Shown: positions 36,380 to 45,641 of the stretch, piece by piece
Layout: each line of letters begins with the position of its first letter
How positions within the stretch are numbered: the stretch's first letter is position 1
NCBI GenBank assembly: GCA_026414545.1
Contig: JAOAIU010000058.1
Span: 41,682 to 105,681 of the forward strand
Reading direction: 5' to 3'
Source of the DNA: Candidatus Saccharicenans sp.
GTDB taxonomy: Bacteria; Acidobacteriota; Aminicenantia; Aminicenantales; Saccharicenantaceae
DNA: 64,000 nucleotides
Made by a program: the position numbers and the translations under genes
Notes under the pieces: generated by a model
Databases searched by the model: none
The model's input: the letters and a program-made list of their open reading frames with translations, nothing else
Told to the model about the DNA's origin: nothing

Positions 36380-38008
36380 TCAAAATCCGCGGGCATACCT
36401 GGTCCAGAATTGCTCGTAAAGCTCGCGATATTTTTGCATGGCTGCCCGGGCAAAATCCCCCGTGTACTGGGTCAGGTACTCATTCACGGTCAGGGGCTCT
36501 TTCTCCGGTGCCTTGCTTTTCATGATTTCCAGCACCTTTTTCTCTACCATAGGAAGCTCGGCCATGGCTTTCTCTTCGAAGACCCGGACCACTTCTTCCA
36601 TGGTCTTTCGGTTTTCACCCCAGCGCAGCACGGCCAGTCGATTGGCCCGGCGGAATATCCAGGCGGCCGAGTCTTCCCGGTAGCGGTGCTGGGCGCAGAC
36701 TTCAAAACCCGGGGGCAGCTCGGTCACTCCAGCAAAAATTGGTATCCTGGCGCTCAGGGCCGGGTTGTCAAAAGCGAACCAGCAGACAGCCCCGACGGCT
36801 GGCGGCAACCAGCTTCTCAGTTGAATTACCGTGGCATAAGCACAGGCATTGATGGCGATGGTGCGCTGCGGGGTAATCGTGCCCGGTTTCAGGGTGTTGA
36901 TGAGATTCATCAGGTCCCGCGACATCCAGTTGCTGACCACAGGACTCTTGACCATCTCCTCTGAATTCCTCCTTTTGACCAGCAGGTTCCGGCTCATATC
37001 ATATTCTGTGCCCTCATAAGTTTCCCGGTACAGGCGGAGGATATCACGGACCGATACCTTCTTTTCCGGTTTTATAGAAAAGGGCAGCTCCTCGGCATTC
37101 GAGTCAAGCTTCAAAGAAGGAGCCAGCTGGCTGAAGACAAAATATTCCCTGATGGCAAAGGCTTTGGGGCCGCCATAAGCCTTCCAGAACTTAAAGGGTT
37201 CGCCTTTTTTGGGATCCCACCAGCCCATTTCTTCGGCCACCCTGAACACATTATCAGAAGCCAGGTAATTGTCAGGGTCTTTGAGGTTCAACTGGCCGAT
37301 GCGAGGAATGTTGGCCGAAATCCCGACTTGGTCGTCAGGTATCCTGACCGCAGCCCAGACCGCACCTTTTTCCAGCGGGCCGGCCCCGAAGATTTCAAAA
37401 TGCCAGACCTCCCGGCTGTCGGCTATGGTCAGGCATTCTCCATAATCCCCGTATCCGTACTGCTTTACCAGCTCTCCCGCCAGCTTGATAGCCTCCCTGG
37501 CCGTCTGGCATCTTTCCAGCATCAACCTCTCCAGCTCTTCAATCATGAACATGCCTTCCGGGTTGTATAGCTCCTGTTTCCCACCGATTGTGGTCTCGCC
37601 GATGGCCAGGCCGAACTCATTCATAGCCGGGTAAGCAGTATTGAGAAAGGCAAACGTTTCTGGAACCTCTGGCACTTCGCCCTTAAGTATTACTCCTCTC
37701 ATATCCTGGGGAGTCTCGGTATTCATCCGGCCCTCGTATACTTTATTCGTGGCCCCGGGCTTATTCTGGCGGCGGGGAACGATGTTAACCCACTGCCGGT
37801 AATTGCCGTCGCAGGTGTGACAGGTAATCACAGAACCGTCGGTCGAGGCCAGACGTCCGACCATGATGCTGGTGCAACCCCGCCCCTCTTCCTCGCCGGG
37901 CGATTCGGTGGGTCCGGATTGATTGGCCGGCAAGGACAACCAGAGCCAGGCCAGGGCCAAGATTAGCCCGGCCAGCAGAAAACCTTTCCTCGTTTTCTTG
38001 CAAACCAT
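36380..38008 (-). CDS. Peptidase C69 family dipeptidase, secreted (third, divergent paralogue)
   Basis: Signal peptide followed by GRGCTSIMVGRLASTDGSVITCHTCDG. Motifs AIGETT and GECLTIADSREVWHFEI parallel the tandem pair. Confidence 0.85.
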   Translation of the reverse strand: MVCKKTRKGFLLAGLILALAWLWLSLPANQSGPTESPGEEEGRGCTSIMVGRLASTDGSVITCHTCDGNYRQWVNIVPRRQNKPGATNKVYEGRMNTETPQDMRGVILKGEVPEVPETFAFLNTAYPAMNEFGLAIGETTIGGKQELYNPEGMFMIEELERLMLERCQTAREAIKLAGELVKQYGYGDYGECLTIADSREVWHFEIFGAGPLEKGAVWAAVRIPDDQVGISANIPRIGQLNLKDPDNYLASDNVFRVAEEMGWWDPKKGEPFKFWKAYGGPKAFAIREYFVFSQLAPSLKLDSNAEELPFSIKPEKKVSVRDILRLYRETYEGTEYDMSRNLLVKRRNSEEMVKSPVVSNWMSRDLMNLINTLKPGTITPQRTIAINACAYATVIQLRSWLPPAVGAVCWFAFDNPALSARIPIFAGVTELPPGFEVCAQHRYREDSAAWIFRRANRLAVLRWGENRKTMEEVVRVFEEKAMAELPMVEKKVLEIMKSKAPEKEPLTVNEYLTQYTGDFARAAMQKYRELYEQFWTRYARGF

Positions 38009-38094
38009 CTTTAACTCCTGGCGGTCAGATTAAATTAAGGATTTCATTATCTTTTTTGGGAGTCAGACTGTCAAACGTATTATCAGACCGTAGT

Positions 38095-38123
38095 TTATCA
38101 TTGCTCCTGAACTGAGTTAGAAT
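38095..38123 (+). promoter_or_regulatory. Putative promoter TTATCA-N17-TAGAAT upstream of the WbqC-like gene
   Basis: Read directly. The -10 box is about 22 nt upstream of the ATG at 38145. Confidence 0.3.
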
Positions 38124-38144
38124 ATTAAGAAAGATGTTCCGACC

Positions 38145-38849
38145 ATGAGAGTCAGCTTCAACCAGCCGGCGTTCATTCCCTGGGGAGGCTTTTACGGCCG
38201 GCTGCTTAACTCGGACCTGATGATAATCCTGGACAGCACCCTGTTGGCCCGCGGTTTCACCTTCGTTAATCGCAATCGCCTTAAAGGGCCACAGGGAGAA
38301 ATCTGGATAACGGTGCCAGTCATGAAAAAGGGCCTGGGCCGCCAGAGGATTCGGGAACTCCGGGTCTTTCGGCCGGAAATCTGGGCCAAAAAATTTCTGT
38401 CCCTGTTGAAACACTATTATGGCCATTCATTCTATTTCGACCAGACCTTTGAAGCCGTGAAGGAAATCATATTCAGCTCCGGCAGCAATTTTCTCGGGAT
38501 GACCATGGGCCTGGCCAAGTTCCTGGCTGAAGGCTTCAAAGTCAGCGCCCATTTCAGGCTTCAATCAGAGCTCGGAGTAGAGAATAAAGGGACAGACCTT
38601 CTGGTCGAACTGGCCGGGCGAGTCGGAGCCGGCGAGGTTCTTCTCCCCCACCTGGCTGACCGACACCTTGACCTCGAAGCTTTCACCAGAGCTGGCCTGA
38701 AGGTCACTTTTCTCAAATATCAACCGGTTGCCTACCCGCAATTCTGGGGAAGTTTTATCGCCAATCTGTCGGCCCTCGACCTCTGGCTGTGCTGCGGTCC
38801 AGAAGGACTTAAAAACATTGCTAAGAGTTCCAGGGTGAGCCATAGTTAA
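38145..38849 (+). CDS. WbqC family protein
   Basis: The N-terminus MRVSFNQPAFIPWGGFYGRLLNSDLMIILDS matches the WbqC-like pattern (QP.F.P..GYF). Confidence 0.65.
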   Translation: MRVSFNQPAFIPWGGFYGRLLNSDLMIILDSTLLARGFTFVNRNRLKGPQGEIWITVPVMKKGLGRQRIRELRVFRPEIWAKKFLSLLKHYYGHSFYFDQTFEAVKEIIFSSGSNFLGMTMGLAKFLAEGFKVSAHFRLQSELGVENKGTDLLVELAGRVGAGEVLLPHLADRHLDLEAFTRAGLKVTFLKYQPVAYPQFWGSFIANLSALDLWLCCGPEGLKNIAKSSRVSHS

Positions 38850-38858
38850 GCCAGCCTT

Positions 38859-41405
38859 TTAGTCTTTCGACCCCCGCGAATCCCGACCGTTGCTGAAAAC
38901 CAGATATTCCCGGGTCAGAAGATAAACAGAGTCTTTCAAGCCGAGAAGCGTTTCCACGACGTCCTGGATTCTCGTCGGCTTCTGAGAATTGAATTCCAGG
39001 AAAAACCAGAGCTTTTTCCCGGACGGGTCAGGCCTGATTTGAATCAGGTCAGGATAAACCACAGTCAGCTTTTTCAGGCTTTCTTCAGACAGTTGGTTCT
39101 CAAGTCCGCTCAGGCTCAAGAGTTCGGGATCTGTCAGGTCCAGGGTATAGACCAGGCTCTTTATATCCTGAAAGAGGGGCAGACAATCAGCCCGGCATCT
39201 TATCAGGGCCACGAACTTGAGACCTTCGGGCAAACTGGCATTAATTCTGGGCAGAAAACTGGCTTCATCGATGTTCTCCAGCGCCTTGAATTCCATGACC
39301 TCGGCCCGAGCGGCCAGGCCCAGAGGCAGAGCCGGGCCGTAGGTCATTAACATCTTGGGGTGGTAGCCCTGGGAAAAGGCTATTTTCAGGCCGGCCCGCC
39401 TGAAAGCTCTTTCCAGATGGTTCAGCAGGTCATTGTGGGAGATGAATCGGGCCGGACCAGATTTCTGATAAAAAGCCCGGTATCTAACCGGCTCAGGGAG
39501 TGACGCCCTCTCTTCTTTATCATCGGGCAAAGAAGCGAGCTGAATCTTTTCAGCTTCTTCCTGGGTGGCTTTATATTCAGGCCAATCGCAGGCCTGACAA
39601 TCGCCACAGCTTCTTTCCAGGCAGGAGTCGCTGTATTGTCCCTCCAGGCCGGCCTGGAGTTCTCGTTTCAGGTAATCCTTTTTCAGCCCGATTTCTACGA
39701 TATCCCAGGGCAGTTCAGCTTCAAGGGGAATGGCTTTAAGATAATTTGTATAATCCAGCCCGGCCTTTTCAAAAGCTTCTGTCCAGAGGTCAAAATTGAA
39801 CTGGTCCAACCAGCCGTCAAAACGCGCACCCCGCCGGTAGGCTTCATTCAAGACCGGGCCCAGACGCCGGTCCCCGCGCGAAAATACGGCTTCCAGGATG
39901 GAAGCCTTGACCCGGTGTTCTTTAAGCTCGACTTTTTTCCAGCGGCCGGAGTTGCTTCTGATATATTCCTGTTTCTGCTGCAGCAACTTTTCATCATCCA
40001 TGGCCACCCACTGAAACGGGGTGTGCGGCTTGGGGATGAAGGATGAAACGCTCAGGTTAATGGCCGGCGAGCTGCCCAGAATTTTTCGTCCCTGTTCCAC
40101 CAGCCGTCCGATTAACACGATTATGGCCTTCAGGTCCTCGGCCGTTTCGGTCGGCAGGCCAATCATAAAATACAGCTTCAAAAGCCTCCAGCCGTTCTCA
40201 AAGGCATAACGGGCAGCGGTCAGCAGTTCTTCGTCCGATATTTTTTTATTGATAACCCTTCTCAGCCGTTCACTCCCCGCTTCCGGGACCAGGGTAAAAC
40301 CGGTCTTCCTGATACGGACGATATTCTCCACCATTTTTCTGGATAGCCGTCCCGGTCTGAGTGAAGGCAAAGAAACGGCAATTTTCCCTTTTTCCAGAAA
40401 GGGCAGGAGACGATCTAGAGCTTTTTCCAGGAAGGGGTAATCCCCCACTGACAGGGCATTGAAAGACAGGTCATCATAGCCGGTTGTCTTCAATCCCTGC
40501 CAGGCTATCTGGATAGCCTGCTCTCCCGGGCGGAGCCGGTACGGGAAATACAGGCTGGCCGCCTGGCAGAAACGGCAGTTCTGGGGACATCCCCTGGCCA
40601 CTTCCACCTGAAGGCGGTCAAATACACTCTGGATGTTAGGTACGATGAATTTATCGGGCGGGGCCGCCCTGTCCAGAGGAAAAACTACCCTTTTTTCAAT
40701 CTTATCCGGGAAGCCGGGTTGCGGCCTTGGCACCAGCAGTGGACTGCCGGGCTGGGCACAAGCCTGGTAAAAAGCTGGAAGATAAATACCCCTAATCCCG
40801 GCAAAGCTCCTGATCAGTTCCTGCCGGTCCCGGGTTGAATCTTTGACCGCAAGGTATCGGTCGATGATTTCATGGATTAACTCTTCCCCGTCGCCAAGGG
40901 CAAAAATATCAATGAATTCGGCTAGTGGTTCAGGATTCAGAGCAGCCGGCCCGCCGGCCATAACCAGGGGGTGGCCTGGTTCGCGGTCCCTGGCCAGAAC
41001 CGGAATGCCTCCCAGCTCCAGGATGCCCAGCAGGTTGGTGTAATTAAGCTCATAAAGAAGAGAAAAGCCGACGATATCAAACTGGTGGAGGGGAATTTTA
41101 TTTTCCAGGCTGTAGAGAGGCAAGCCTGACTGACGAAGCTGGCCTTCAAAATCCGGCCAGGGAGCATAGACCCGCTCGGCCAGGACATCTGGCCTCCGGT
41201 TCAGCAGGTTATAGAGTATTTTCTGTCCCAGGTAGGAAAGTCCTATTTCATAGACTTCGGGAAAAGCCAGGGCCACCCGGACCTTGACCTGGCCCGGATC
41301 TTTTTTAATCTGGTTCCACTCTCCTCCCGTATAGCGTCCGGGCTTCTGCACCCGGCGCAGGAGAAGTTCCAGTCTTTGTTGATCAACGGAACTAATTGTT
41401 TTCAT
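38859..41405 (-). CDS. B12-binding-domain radical SAM protein fused to a radical-SAM-linked DUF2344 domain (TIGR03960 + TIGR03936 type)
   Basis: 848 aa. Radical SAM cluster motif VARGCPQNCRFCQA. The long N-terminal domain preceding it and the C-terminal roughly 230-aa domain (RFISHNDLLNHLERAFRRAGL...SQGYHPKM) match my memory of the fused family. It lies 22 nt downstream of rodA. Confidence 0.75.
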   Translation of the reverse strand: MKTISSVDQQRLELLLRRVQKPGRYTGGEWNQIKKDPGQVKVRVALAFPEVYEIGLSYLGQKILYNLLNRRPDVLAERVYAPWPDFEGQLRQSGLPLYSLENKIPLHQFDIVGFSLLYELNYTNLLGILELGGIPVLARDREPGHPLVMAGGPAALNPEPLAEFIDIFALGDGEELIHEIIDRYLAVKDSTRDRQELIRSFAGIRGIYLPAFYQACAQPGSPLLVPRPQPGFPDKIEKRVVFPLDRAAPPDKFIVPNIQSVFDRLQVEVARGCPQNCRFCQAASLYFPYRLRPGEQAIQIAWQGLKTTGYDDLSFNALSVGDYPFLEKALDRLLPFLEKGKIAVSLPSLRPGRLSRKMVENIVRIRKTGFTLVPEAGSERLRRVINKKISDEELLTAARYAFENGWRLLKLYFMIGLPTETAEDLKAIIVLIGRLVEQGRKILGSSPAINLSVSSFIPKPHTPFQWVAMDDEKLLQQKQEYIRSNSGRWKKVELKEHRVKASILEAVFSRGDRRLGPVLNEAYRRGARFDGWLDQFNFDLWTEAFEKAGLDYTNYLKAIPLEAELPWDIVEIGLKKDYLKRELQAGLEGQYSDSCLERSCGDCQACDWPEYKATQEEAEKIQLASLPDDKEERASLPEPVRYRAFYQKSGPARFISHNDLLNHLERAFRRAGLKIAFSQGYHPKMLMTYGPALPLGLAARAEVMEFKALENIDEASFLPRINASLPEGLKFVALIRCRADCLPLFQDIKSLVYTLDLTDPELLSLSGLENQLSEESLKKLTVVYPDLIQIRPDPSGKKLWFFLEFNSQKPTRIQDVVETLLGLKDSVYLLTREYLVFSNGRDSRGSKD

Positions 41406-41427
41406 GACATACTTTCAACCAATAGCC

Positions 41428-42519
41428 TCAGATGTACCGGAAGCGCCGCATCCTGACATTTATCACCAGGCTGGCAGCCAGAAAGTTGGCCAGAAGTGAT
41501 GAGCCTCCATAGCTCAAAAATGGTATCGGTATTCCGGTGATCGGGAATAATCCCACCAGCATCATGACATTTATCAGGAACTGACAGCCGATCATCATGG
41601 TAACCAGAAAGGCCAGGTATACGCCGGCCCGGTCAGCCGACACCCAGACGGTGGAAAAGAACCTGTAAATCAGCAAAAAATAGACACCGAACACGGCCAG
41701 CAATCCAAGAAAGCCAAGTTCCTCGGCGATTACGGCCATGATGAAATCAGTATGTCTGGCCGGCAGGAACCTCAGCTGGCTCTGGGTGCCTTTATGGTAG
41801 CCCTTGCCGGTCAGTCCCCCTGAGCCGATGGCAATCTTGGATTGCCGGAGCTGGTAGCCAGCTCCCCTCGGGTCCTGGTTAGGCGTGAGCAAAGTTTCTA
41901 TTCTCTTTTTCTGATAATCCTTGAGAGCATAGTTCCAGCCGACAAACCCCGACACCATGATGACCACCAGCATAATGGCTACGTATTTTTTCCTCATGCC
42001 GGTGAGAATGTAGACCCCGATCAATATCGGTAAATAGGTCAGAGCTGTTCCCAGGTCGGGCTGCAAGGCAGTGAGAACAGCCGGCAGTCCGACCACTGCC
42101 GAGCTAACCATAAAACCTTTGAATGATAGGGAATCTTCCCGGTATTCAGAGAAAATCCGGGCCAGTACCAGGACAACGGCAATCTTGGTTACCTCGGAAG
42201 GTTGAGCCTGAAAAGGACCCAGGACTATCCAGCTCCTGGTGTTGGCCACCAGTTTCCCGAATAACAGCAGCCCCAGTAGAATTAGATTCATGAGGGCATA
42301 GAGCGGGATAGAGATAGAGATCAGAAATTTATAATCTATCATGATGGCCACCAGCAGGGCCAGGAGACTGACCAGGAGCCAGATGATCTGTCGCCAGACA
42401 AACTGCGCAGCCTGGAAATAGATGGCACTATAGACAAAGATAATGCCGATGATGGATACCACCACCATCAAAAGAATGGTGACAGAATCAATTTCCCTGA
42501 AGATTCGCCTGTCTAACAT
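41428..42519 (-). CDS. rodA: Rod shape-determining SEDS protein RodA (peptidoglycan glycosyltransferase)
   Basis: FtsW/RodA/SpoVE family pattern (QPSE, GSGGLTGKGY..GTQ..L.FLP...TDFI, SYGGSS). I prefer the start at MLDRRIF (42519). The track's 492-aa version adds a non-homologous extension that overlaps mrdA. Confidence 0.85.
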   Translation of the reverse strand: MLDRRIFREIDSVTILLMVVVSIIGIIFVYSAIYFQAAQFVWRQIIWLLVSLLALLVAIMIDYKFLISISIPLYALMNLILLGLLLFGKLVANTRSWIVLGPFQAQPSEVTKIAVVLVLARIFSEYREDSLSFKGFMVSSAVVGLPAVLTALQPDLGTALTYLPILIGVYILTGMRKKYVAIMLVVIMVSGFVGWNYALKDYQKKRIETLLTPNQDPRGAGYQLRQSKIAIGSGGLTGKGYHKGTQSQLRFLPARHTDFIMAVIAEELGFLGLLAVFGVYFLLIYRFFSTVWVSADRAGVYLAFLVTMMIGCQFLINVMMLVGLFPITGIPIPFLSYGGSSLLANFLAASLVINVRMRRFRYI

Positions 42520-44293
42520 ATTTCTCCCGGTAAGCCTTAAATATCTGGCCGGCGATGGGAGCCGCGGTCTGCCCGCCCATGCCTCCGAATTCCACCAATA
42601 CCGTGACCACAATCTCCGGGTTATGGCGGGGGGCAAATCCGGTGAACCAGGAATGGGTTTTTTTAACTTCCTGACCTCTCTGGACCAATCTTTCGGCCGT
42701 TTCCCTGCTGATGAGCTGGGTGGAACCTGTTTTTCCACAAATCTCAAATCCGGGCTGATAGGCGCCCTGGCCTGTCCCCTGGCTATTGACAGAGCGCCAC
42801 ATTCCTTCAATAACCTTTTCAATAGTAGCCTCGGGCAGGTTGATCCTTTCCCCGCTGCCAGAATTCTCCAGCCCCTTGACCAGGTGCGGCCGGACCTTAA
42901 GGCCACGGTTAGCCACGATTGAGGTCAGATAAGCCAGCTGCAAAGGTGTAACCAGCAAAGGCCCCTGGCCGATGGCCACGGAAATCGTTTCACCAGGAAA
43001 CCAGGCCTGCCCCAGGAATTTTCTTTTCCAGTCAGAACTTGGCACCAGTCCTTCTTTCTCGCCCGGCAGGTCAATACCCGTTTTCTGTCCCAGTCCCATT
43101 AACCGAGCATAGCCAGCAATGGTATCGATCGACAATCTGCGTCCCAGCTGATAGAAATAGACGTTGCAGGAGTTTCTTATGGCTTCGGGCAGGTTCAGGT
43201 TGCCATGGCCCGGCCGAAACCAACAATTGAACTCTTTATTGTAAAGAGAAACCGCCCCGCTACAAAAAAAGGTAGAATATTCGTTGATTACTCCTTCATT
43301 CAAACCGGCCAGGGCCATAACAATCTTAAAGGTCGATCCCGGAGAATAGAGGCCTCGTATGACCCGGTTTTCCAAGGGTTTTCCTGGGTCGTTGACCAGG
43401 GCCAGCCATTCATCAGTCGAAAACCGGCTTATGAACCGATTGGGGTCATAAGAAGGTGAACTGGCCCAGACCAGGCATTCTCCGGTACGCGGATTCATGG
43501 CCACAATGGCCCCTTCCCTGCCCTGGAGCAACTCTTCAGCCCTTTTTTGCAGGTCAAGGTCTATCGAGAGTTCAAGGTTATGACCGGGTTGGGGTTCGGT
43601 CCGACTTATCTCGGCGCGGGGCCGGCCCAGGCTATCAACCATTTCCAGAATCTTACCTTCCCTTCCGGTCAGACTATCATTGTACTGCTTCTCCAGGCCC
43701 GACTTGCCGACCATTTCGCCGCCCCGCCAGCTTTTTTCGGGCTGGGTCCGAATTTCGTCGACTGAAACTTCCTGAAGGTAGCCAAGCAGATGAGCCCCGG
43801 TCGGACCAAAAGGATAGTAGCGCCTCGGCTCCACTTCGAGTTTAATTTCCGGGAATTCATCCTTCCGGGCCTCGAGGAGGGAGACTTCCTCCAGTTTGAG
43901 GTTGTCCATGATGATGATCGGTTCGTAAGCGGGCAATGACCGGTAGCGGTCAATTCTTTTCTTAAGTTCTTCCCGATTGAGATGGAGAAGCAGAGCCAGG
44001 TTGTCAATAGTCTTTTCATAATCGACCACAGCTTCCCTCACCAGAGAGACCTTAAAGCTGGGGGTATTATCAGCCAGGATAACCTTCTGCCTGTCGAGAA
44101 TAAGTCCCCGGGGTGCGGTCAAGGGCAACTCCCTCAGGCGATTGGCTTCGGCCATTCTCCAGTATTTCTGGTGGTCAAGAACCTGGATTTTCCAGTAAAA
44201 ACCCAGGACCAGGATTATCAGGGCTGCCAGAACATAGAGGGCCAGTTTCGACCTCTTGACGACCGTGGTTAAATCCTCATATATTCTGGCCAT
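42488..44293 (-). CDS. mrdA: Penicillin-binding protein 2 (elongasome transpeptidase)
   Basis: N-terminal TM anchor. SxxK motif (GSTFKIV), SxN motif (RNSCNVYF) and KTG motif (CGKTGST). It sits between mreD and rodA. Confidence 0.9.
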   Translation of the reverse strand: MARIYEDLTTVVKRSKLALYVLAALIILVLGFYWKIQVLDHQKYWRMAEANRLRELPLTAPRGLILDRQKVILADNTPSFKVSLVREAVVDYEKTIDNLALLLHLNREELKKRIDRYRSLPAYEPIIIMDNLKLEEVSLLEARKDEFPEIKLEVEPRRYYPFGPTGAHLLGYLQEVSVDEIRTQPEKSWRGGEMVGKSGLEKQYNDSLTGREGKILEMVDSLGRPRAEISRTEPQPGHNLELSIDLDLQKRAEELLQGREGAIVAMNPRTGECLVWASSPSYDPNRFISRFSTDEWLALVNDPGKPLENRVIRGLYSPGSTFKIVMALAGLNEGVINEYSTFFCSGAVSLYNKEFNCWFRPGHGNLNLPEAIRNSCNVYFYQLGRRLSIDTIAGYARLMGLGQKTGIDLPGEKEGLVPSSDWKRKFLGQAWFPGETISVAIGQGPLLVTPLQLAYLTSIVANRGLKVRPHLVKGLENSGSGERINLPEATIEKVIEGMWRSVNSQGTGQGAYQPGFEICGKTGSTQLISRETAERLVQRGQEVKKTHSWFTGFAPRHNPEIVVTVLVEFGGMGGQTAAPIAGQIFKAYREKYVRQANLQGN

Positions 44294-44302
44294 TGTTCTT
44301 CA

Positions 44303-44782
44303 TTAAACTGACGGGTTAACCTTCTTGAAGAGGTTTATAAGGGCGGCGGCCAGCAGAGCCGTGACCATCGGCTGGAGGTAGAGAGCCGGTTGACTGTAGA
44401 GCAAGCTCTGGCGGAATATCAGAAAATAGAAAAAGGTCCAGATTAATAATTGACCCAGGCTTAGAATAAAAATAAAAATCAGCCTCTTGTAGAAGGTGTG
44501 AACGTCAAGCTTTCGGCTCAACCAGCCGGCCAGAAAACCTGTAATGGTCAAGCTCAAACCGGCCAGGCCGAATACCCCATGAGATAAAGCATCCTGGACC
44601 AGCCCGGCACAGGTCCCGATTATTGCTCCATCCAGCTCGCCGTAGACAACCGCGATTAACATCACCAGAACAGAAAAGGTGTTTACCAGCAGGACCAGGG
44701 CCGGCTCCAGCCAGCCCAGAAGGGCATAAACGGCCGTGGCCAGTATCAGGCCAAAGACCAGCACAAATCCTTTCCTGACCAA
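44303..44782 (-). CDS. mreD: Rod shape-determining protein MreD
   Basis: 159-aa polytopic membrane protein immediately after mreC. The call rests on position and topology. Confidence 0.7.
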   Translation of the reverse strand: MVRKGFVLVFGLILATAVYALLGWLEPALVLLVNTFSVLVMLIAVVYGELDGAIIGTCAGLVQDALSHGVFGLAGLSLTITGFLAGWLSRKLDVHTFYKRLIFIFILSLGQLLIWTFFYFLIFRQSLLYSQPALYLQPMVTALLAAALINLFKKVNPSV

Positions 44783-44785
44783 TCT

Positions 44786-45625
44786 TCACCTCAATATCAG
44801 GTCGGTATTTTTCAAGACAGCCACCAGTTCCAGCTCCCTGATATCAAAATAGGGTTGGACAATAATTTTCTTAAAGATGCCTTCTCGGGTGGAGATCTGA
44901 AGAATCTTGCCCACCTTCAATCCGGGAGGGAAAACCCGGTCAAAACCGGAGGTCATAACCTCGTCACCTTCCAGACCGGCCGGAGAACTGGACATCACAT
45001 ATTTTATCAGGCATTTCCCCTGACCGTCGCCGGAGAGAATACCAGGCATCCGCTCGCCTGCGGTGATCACGGCCACGCCGCTGTCCTCCGAAGTTATCAG
45101 CAGCACCCGGGTCTCATGAGTCCCCACCGGTTCGGCCGTCCGACCTACCAGGTTTCCGAACCTGTCACAGACCGGAAGATTCTTCACCAGTCCGTCAGCG
45201 CTACCGCGGTTGATGACCAGCGACCGAAAATAATTGGAGGTATCGAAACCGATAACCCTGGCCGGGACCACGGCCTCGGCCACCAGCTTCAGGCTGGCTT
45301 CCAGTTCGGACTGTTTCAGGGCCAGCCTCAATTTTTCCTGCAGCAGGCGATTTTCCTGGCGGAGAAAAAATATTTCCTTTTCCAGCTCCCGGTTTTCTCT
45401 GGTCACCCTGGCCAGATCTTTTAACTTACCCCAGGTCCCGACCAGGGCCCGGCCAGAGCTGACCACCGCTTTCTGAACCGGGGCAAACAGACTGAACAGG
45501 ATCTTTTCCAGCAGGGTGGTCTTGCTGCCCAGCGGGACCTGATAGGAGATCAACAGCAGATGGAAGAATATCAGTAGACCGGCGGCCAGGAATTTATTCT
45601 TGAAGAGGCGGGTTGGAGACATCAA
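44786..45625 (-). CDS. mreC: Rod shape-determining protein MreC
   Basis: N-terminal TM segment, a coiled-coil (ENRELEKEIFFLRQENRLLQEKL), then a beta-rich domain with G..VG.V motifs. It follows mreB. Confidence 0.85.
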   Translation of the reverse strand: MMSPTRLFKNKFLAAGLLIFFHLLLISYQVPLGSKTTLLEKILFSLFAPVQKAVVSSGRALVGTWGKLKDLARVTRENRELEKEIFFLRQENRLLQEKLRLALKQSELEASLKLVAEAVVPARVIGFDTSNYFRSLVINRGSADGLVKNLPVCDRFGNLVGRTAEPVGTHETRVLLITSEDSGVAVITAGERMPGILSGDGQGKCLIKYVMSSSPAGLEGDEVMTSGFDRVFPPGLKVGKILQISTREGIFKKIIVQPYFDIRELELVAVLKNTDLILR

Positions 45626-45641
45626 ATCCCGGTGCTGTCCA

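Noticed and set aside
38025-38426. 133-aa minus-strand ORF across the C69 / WbqC divergent region
   Set aside because: It overlaps the 5' part of the WbqC-like gene, which has a recognisable family N-terminus, and it has no RBS or motif.
42520-42906. 129-codon N-terminal extension of rodA in the ORF track (492-aa version)
   Set aside because: The extension overlaps the 3' end of mrdA in another frame and is Arg/Pro/Trp-rich with no RodA homology. RodA-like sequence begins at MLDRRIF (42519).
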